A stretch of DNA of 64,000 nt. It comes from Nitrospira sp. (GTDB lineage: Bacteria; Nitrospirota; Nitrospiria; Nitrospirales; Nitrospiraceae). The translations under genes and the position numbers were made by a program. Location: positions 1,056,001 through 1,120,000 of the forward strand of contig AP038806.1 in the NCBI GenBank assembly GCA_047150005.1, in the 5' to 3' direction. This document shows positions 58,034 to 64,000 of this stretch, piece by piece. Numbering within the stretch: the first letter of the stretch is position 1; each line of letters begins with the position of its first letter. Below the pieces are notes generated by a model. The model searched no databases. It was not told the DNA's origin and was given only the letters and a program-made list of their open reading frames with translations.

Positions 58034-58747
58034 ATGGCCCCACATACACATCCTTCCGGCAGGCGCGAATTGCAGATGGCTCGCAGCATGTGCTGGCACT
58101 GTCAATCCGAAGTGTCCGGCGAATATTTCTGCGAGCGCTGCGTCAAGGTACAGCCGGTTTCGAAAGACGCCGACTACTTTAGCTGCCTGGGCTTTCCCCG
58201 GCGGCTGAACCTCGACGTGCAGAAACTGGAGGCGTCCTTCTACGAACTCAGCCGCGCGTTTCACCCCGACTTCTATCAAAACAAGACTGAAACGGAACAG
58301 GCCATCAGCCTCGGCAACGCCGCCACCCTGAACACGGCCTACCGGACGCTTCGCGACCCGATTCAGCGCGCGGAATATCTGCTCTCACTGGAAGCCGGCT
58401 CCGTGAAGGACATCAGAACCTCGCCTCCCGCCGATCTCTTCGAAGAGATTTTAGAATTGCAGGACACGCTCGACGAATATCGAGCTGCGGACCGCGCTTC
58501 CGACGCCGCGCAACGACTCCGCCCGTCGCTTCTATCCGAACAACGCAAGCTGGAGGAGCGGACGAAGGCCATCGAGACGCAACTCCACCAACTGTTCGAC
58601 CAATGGGACGAATTGCAAGATCGCGGCGAAGCGACAAACGAATCCAGAAGCGAACGGGAGCGGCTGTTGAAAGAGATGCGAGACCTGCTGTCGCATCGCA
58701 CCTACATCGGCAACATCGTTCGCGACCTTGTCGCCACGATCGAGTGA
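58034..58747 (+). CDS. hscB: Fe-S co-chaperone HscB with N-terminal CxxC-CxxC (start uncertain)
   Basis: CWHC...CERC, HPD motif, RAEYLL. Confidence 0.9.
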   Translation: MAPHTHPSGRRELQMARSMCWHCQSEVSGEYFCERCVKVQPVSKDADYFSCLGFPRRLNLDVQKLEASFYELSRAFHPDFYQNKTETEQAISLGNAATLNTAYRTLRDPIQRAEYLLSLEAGSVKDIRTSPPADLFEEILELQDTLDEYRAADRASDAAQRLRPSLLSEQRKLEERTKAIETQLHQLFDQWDELQDRGEATNESRSERERLLKEMRDLLSHRTYIGNIVRDLVATIE

Positions 58748-58780
58748 CGGCGGCGGACATCACCTCGACTACTTGAGCCC

Positions 58781-60597
<1,817 letters not shown>

Positions 60598-60601
<4 letters not shown>

Positions 60602-60669
60602 AGCGTCGCTCGTGAAACGTATCTCGCAAGACAATCTGGACGCTGTACGCTTCACGAACGACGAGATGC
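60598..60669. repeat. REP-like palindrome, copy 2
   Basis: gtgaagcgtcgctcgtgaaacgtatctcg...tacgcttcacgaacgacgagatg. Confidence 0.6.
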
Positions 60670-60682
60670 AAAGGAGTCGTGC

Positions 60683-60901
60683 ATGGATTTGAAGTGGCAG
60701 GATGCGGAGGAGATCGCAATTCGGCTGGTGGAAGAACATCCGGAGACGGATCCTCTCACCGCCCGCTTCACCGACATGCATGCCTGGATCGTGGCTCTGC
60801 CCGACTTCAAAGACGATCCGAAGCGGCGTGATGGGATGGAATCAATCCTGGAAGCGATTCAAATGGCCTGGCATGAAGAGTTCAAAGATTCACAGGGCTG
60901 A
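60683..60901 (+). CDS. iscX: Fe-S assembly protein IscX
   Basis: LKWQDAEEIA..L...RFTDM...F.DDP...LEAIQMAW. Confidence 0.92.
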   Translation: MDLKWQDAEEIAIRLVEEHPETDPLTARFTDMHAWIVALPDFKDDPKRRDGMESILEAIQMAWHEEFKDSQG

Positions 60902-60925
60902 GGAACGCGCCGACCTGCCTGTGCC

Positions 60926-63319
60926 TCACTGACTTCCTTCCGCTGTCTGATCCAACTTGTAAAAATCCGTCGGATCCAATCGTCGCTGGGCCGCCTGTGT
61001 CGGCTCACTGCCTTTCGTAAAGATCTCAACGTTGCCTGGCTGATCGTCCAAGTCGTTGTTCAACAGCCCGGTCGAGGGATCGACCTTGACGAACGTGATG
61101 CCTTCCGGGATGACGAATGGCACCACCGGAACCTGTTTCAGCGCCGTCTTCATGAAATTGATCCAGATCGGCAGGGCCGCATGGGCACCCGATTCCGTTT
61201 CGCCCAGGGAACGGCGGTCGTCAAAGCCCACGAAAACGCCCGCGACCAGATTGGGCGTCCCACCGATGAACCAGGCGTTGATGAAATCGTTCGTCGTCCC
61301 GGTCTTTCCCGCAACGGGACGTCCCAGCACTTTGGCCGCCTGACCGGTCCCCTTCTGCACGACGTCTTCCATCATGTTGGTGATCAAATAGGCCGTTTCC
61401 TTGGAAATGACATCCTGGCCTTCCGGTTCCGCGAGCTCGAGCACCTTCTCTTGGTTGTCCTTCACAAAAAAGATCGCATAAGGCTCGGCACGATTGCCCT
61501 GGTTGAGAAACACGCCGTATGCCGACGTCAGCTCCATCAGACCGACCGAGGAGGATCCCAGCGCCAGCGACAAGTCGGAAGCCAACGGACTGGAGATCCC
61601 GACCTGTTTGGAGAACTCGATGACGTTCCTGACGCCAACCTTCTCCAACAACCGGACAGTCGCCAGATTGTGCGACTGGGCCAACGCGTCGCGGAGACTC
61701 ACCATGCCATGGAATCTCTTGCCGTAATTCTCCGGCTTCCACGTCTTCTCCTCTTCCACCTGCTCGTACACGACCGGCGCATCCAGCACGACGGAGGCGG
61801 GACTCATCCCCTGATCGACGGCCGCCGCATAGATCAGCGGCTTGAAGGCAGAACCGGGCTGCCGGCGCGCCTGCACCGCACGATTGTATTCGCTGCGATT
61901 GAAGTCGAATCCCCCGACCATGGCCCGAATGGCGCCCTTGCCGGGCTCCATTGCGATCAGCGCCCCTTCCACAAGCGGGGTCTGCTCCAATTGGACGAAC
62001 ACGATGTCCTTCTCGATCTTCTTGACGGCGACCTCGACCACGTCGCCGGGCTTGAAAATCTGTTTTGGATTTGGATTGACGACGAAATCTTTGGTCGCGT
62101 CCAGTCCCGTCAGTCTCCGCTTGGCCCAGGCCATGTCGTCGAACGTCAACCGGGCCTGGGTCTCTCCGATCTGGACGTCATAGAAATCCTTTCCGATCTT
62201 GACGACCACGGCTTCCCGGTAGTCTCCCGTTTTCAGCGGTTGGGACGATGCGCTCACCGCCGCGGACGGAAGTACAGAAGACAGATCCACCGTCCGAACA
62301 GGCCCACGCCAGCCCTGGCGCTTGTCGATCTCGCGTAATCCCGTGGCAAAGGCGGCTTCGGCCGCTTGCTGCATCTCCAGATTCAACGTCGTCATGACCT
62401 TGAGTCCGCCCTTGTAGACCATGGCCTCCCCGTACTTCGCGATCAGCAGCTGACGCACGTACTCCACAAAATACGGCGCAACCTGCTCGCTGCCGGGGCG
62501 TCGAAAGTTCAGCTGCTCCGCCGCGGCCTTTTCGCGTTCCGCACCGGTCAGGAATCCGGCATCTTCCATGCGGGACAACACGTGCTCTTGGCGCCTCTTG
62601 GCTCGCTCGAAGTTCTTGAACGGAGAAAAATGATTCGGCGATTTGGGAAGCCCCGCGAGGAACGCCGCTTCCGCCACGGACAGTGCGGACAGGTCCTTGC
62701 CGAAGTACGACTGCGCCGCGGAGGCCACTCCGTAGGCGCCCTGGCCGAAATAGATCTGATTGAGATAGAGCTCGAGGATCTGTTCCTTGGACGACACGAG
62801 TTCCATCTTATAGGCCACCACGAGTTCCCGTACTTTGCGATCGAACGTCCGTTCGGAAGAGAGAAAGAGCGACCGGGCCAACTGCTGCGTGATCGTGCTG
62901 GCGCCTTCGACCTTTCCGCCGCGACGTACATTGGTCCAGGCCGCCCGCAGAATGCCGATATAGTCCAGGCCTGGATGCTCGAAAAATCGGACGTCCTCGA
63001 CCGCAATGACGGCCCGTCGCAGATGCTCCGGAATAGCCGAAAGCGGCGTCAAAATCCGGCGTTCGATGAAGAACTGGCCGATCAGCTGGCGGTCGGACGA
63101 ATACACCTGCGTCACGAGGCTCGGCTGGTAGTTCTGCAGCTGGTTCAGGTCCGGCAGGTCCTGAGAGTAGTGCCAGAGCAACCCTGCCACGCCGAGCACC
63201 CCGACGAGCCCCAGTCCGATCCCGCCCAGCAAGGCGATCTGCCACCAGCGCCAAGGGCGCCTCGACGGTGGTCGGCGAGGGGTATCCGAGAGTTGAACTG
63301 GCCGATCGATCGTTGACAT
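60926..63319 (-). CDS. mrcA: Penicillin-binding protein 1A (bifunctional)
   Basis: EDVRFFEH, GASTITQQL, SAFK (SxxK), SHN, KTG. Confidence 0.9.
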   Translation of the reverse strand: MSTIDRPVQLSDTPRRPPSRRPWRWWQIALLGGIGLGLVGVLGVAGLLWHYSQDLPDLNQLQNYQPSLVTQVYSSDRQLIGQFFIERRILTPLSAIPEHLRRAVIAVEDVRFFEHPGLDYIGILRAAWTNVRRGGKVEGASTITQQLARSLFLSSERTFDRKVRELVVAYKMELVSSKEQILELYLNQIYFGQGAYGVASAAQSYFGKDLSALSVAEAAFLAGLPKSPNHFSPFKNFERAKRRQEHVLSRMEDAGFLTGAEREKAAAEQLNFRRPGSEQVAPYFVEYVRQLLIAKYGEAMVYKGGLKVMTTLNLEMQQAAEAAFATGLREIDKRQGWRGPVRTVDLSSVLPSAAVSASSQPLKTGDYREAVVVKIGKDFYDVQIGETQARLTFDDMAWAKRRLTGLDATKDFVVNPNPKQIFKPGDVVEVAVKKIEKDIVFVQLEQTPLVEGALIAMEPGKGAIRAMVGGFDFNRSEYNRAVQARRQPGSAFKPLIYAAAVDQGMSPASVVLDAPVVYEQVEEEKTWKPENYGKRFHGMVSLRDALAQSHNLATVRLLEKVGVRNVIEFSKQVGISSPLASDLSLALGSSSVGLMELTSAYGVFLNQGNRAEPYAIFFVKDNQEKVLELAEPEGQDVISKETAYLITNMMEDVVQKGTGQAAKVLGRPVAGKTGTTNDFINAWFIGGTPNLVAGVFVGFDDRRSLGETESGAHAALPIWINFMKTALKQVPVVPFVIPEGITFVKVDPSTGLLNNDLDDQPGNVEIFTKGSEPTQAAQRRLDPTDFYKLDQTAEGSQ

Positions 63320-63506
63320 TGGATTGATGCCCTGTCGGGCTCGGTCATCGGTAGGAATTCGTGGAGTTCACCATACCCCGGGAGGTCTGAAAACTCAAGC
63401 AAACCGCCGTCTCGGTTCCGCTTGTTCCCTTGCGGGAGCTTCGGGTATACTGCTGTGCGACGCCCGGTAGGGGCGTCTTTTTTTTCGCCGGACGAACACA
63501 CGAACT

Positions 63507-64000
63507 ATGTCGCACTTACGCGCCCCTCACGATCGACGAAACGATATCCGCAACATCGCCATCATCGCGCATGTCGATCACGGCAAGACCACGCTTGTCG
63601 ACGCCCTGCTGCGGCAGACCCGGGTCCACCGCAAGATCGAAGACATGGGCGAACGCATCATGGATTCGATGGACCAGGAGCGTGAACGGGGCATCACCAT
63701 TCGGGCCAAGAACGCCAGCGTCACCTATCAGGACGTGAAGATTAACATCGTCGATACGCCGGGACACGCGGATTTCGGCGGCGAGGTGGAACGGACGCTG
63801 CGAATGGTCGACGGCGTGCTTATTCTCGTCGACGCGAAGGAAGGGCCGATGCCGCAGACGACGTTCGTACTGCGCAAGGCGCTGGCGCTCGGCCACAAGG
63901 CCATCGTCGTCATCAACAAGATCGATCGTCCGGACGCGGTCATCGACGACGTGGTGAATCGCACGTTCGACCTGTTCGTGCATCTGAACGCCACGGACGA
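63507..64000 (+). CDS. typA: Translational GTPase TypA/BipA (partial)
   Basis: [43 protein letters not shown]. Confidence 0.94.
   Translation, partial: MSHLRAPHDRRNDIRNIAIIAHVDHGKTTLVDALLRQTRVHRKIEDMGERIMDSMDQERERGITIRAKNASVTYQDVKINIVDTPGHADFGGEVERTLRMVDGVLILVDAKEGPMPQTTFVLRKALALGHKAIVVINKIDRPDAVIDDVVNRTFDLFVHLNATD

Overview
GC-rich bacterial chromosome window; gene content and intergenic palindromes suggest a Nitrospira-like organism (inference only). (1) 1-26571: a large catabolic cluster. A leftward acyl-CoA dehydrogenase/tryptophanase/HTH regulator/haem-oxygenase-like oxidase unit faces a rightward ~22 kb run: half-size HPPD-like VOC protein, hmgA with an in-frame TGA, FAA hydrolase, 2-oxoacid dehydrogenase E1a/E1b/E2, thiolase, 3-hydroxyacyl-CoA dehydrogenase, a B12 acyl-CoA mutase with isobutyryl-CoA mutase signatures plus MeaB, liu-like genes, prpDBC and an acyl-CoA ligase. 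(2) 28520-44265: a ~15.7 kb capsid-less integrative element (phage-satellite-like) at tRNA-Glu(CTC). Its att site lies inside the integrase 3' end. It carries an iteron-bearing rep gene, a DnaC-like ATPase, a serine recombinase, a double-domain tyrosine recombinase and fragments of phage ejection/polyvalent proteins. The most unusual signal is two antisense promoter-driven arrays of co-varying RNA hairpins (32688-32845, 33073-33275) just downstream of a putative BECR/LPD3-type nuclease domain, a candidate RNA-antitoxin/decoy system. (3) 44300-64000: mostly core genes (glnS, an intact IS5-family element, yacG, PKD-repeat lipoprotein, two tRNA-Gln, gltX, fdx, iscRSUA-hscBA-iscX, PBP1A, partial typA). 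All family calls are by eye from motifs; no searches were run.
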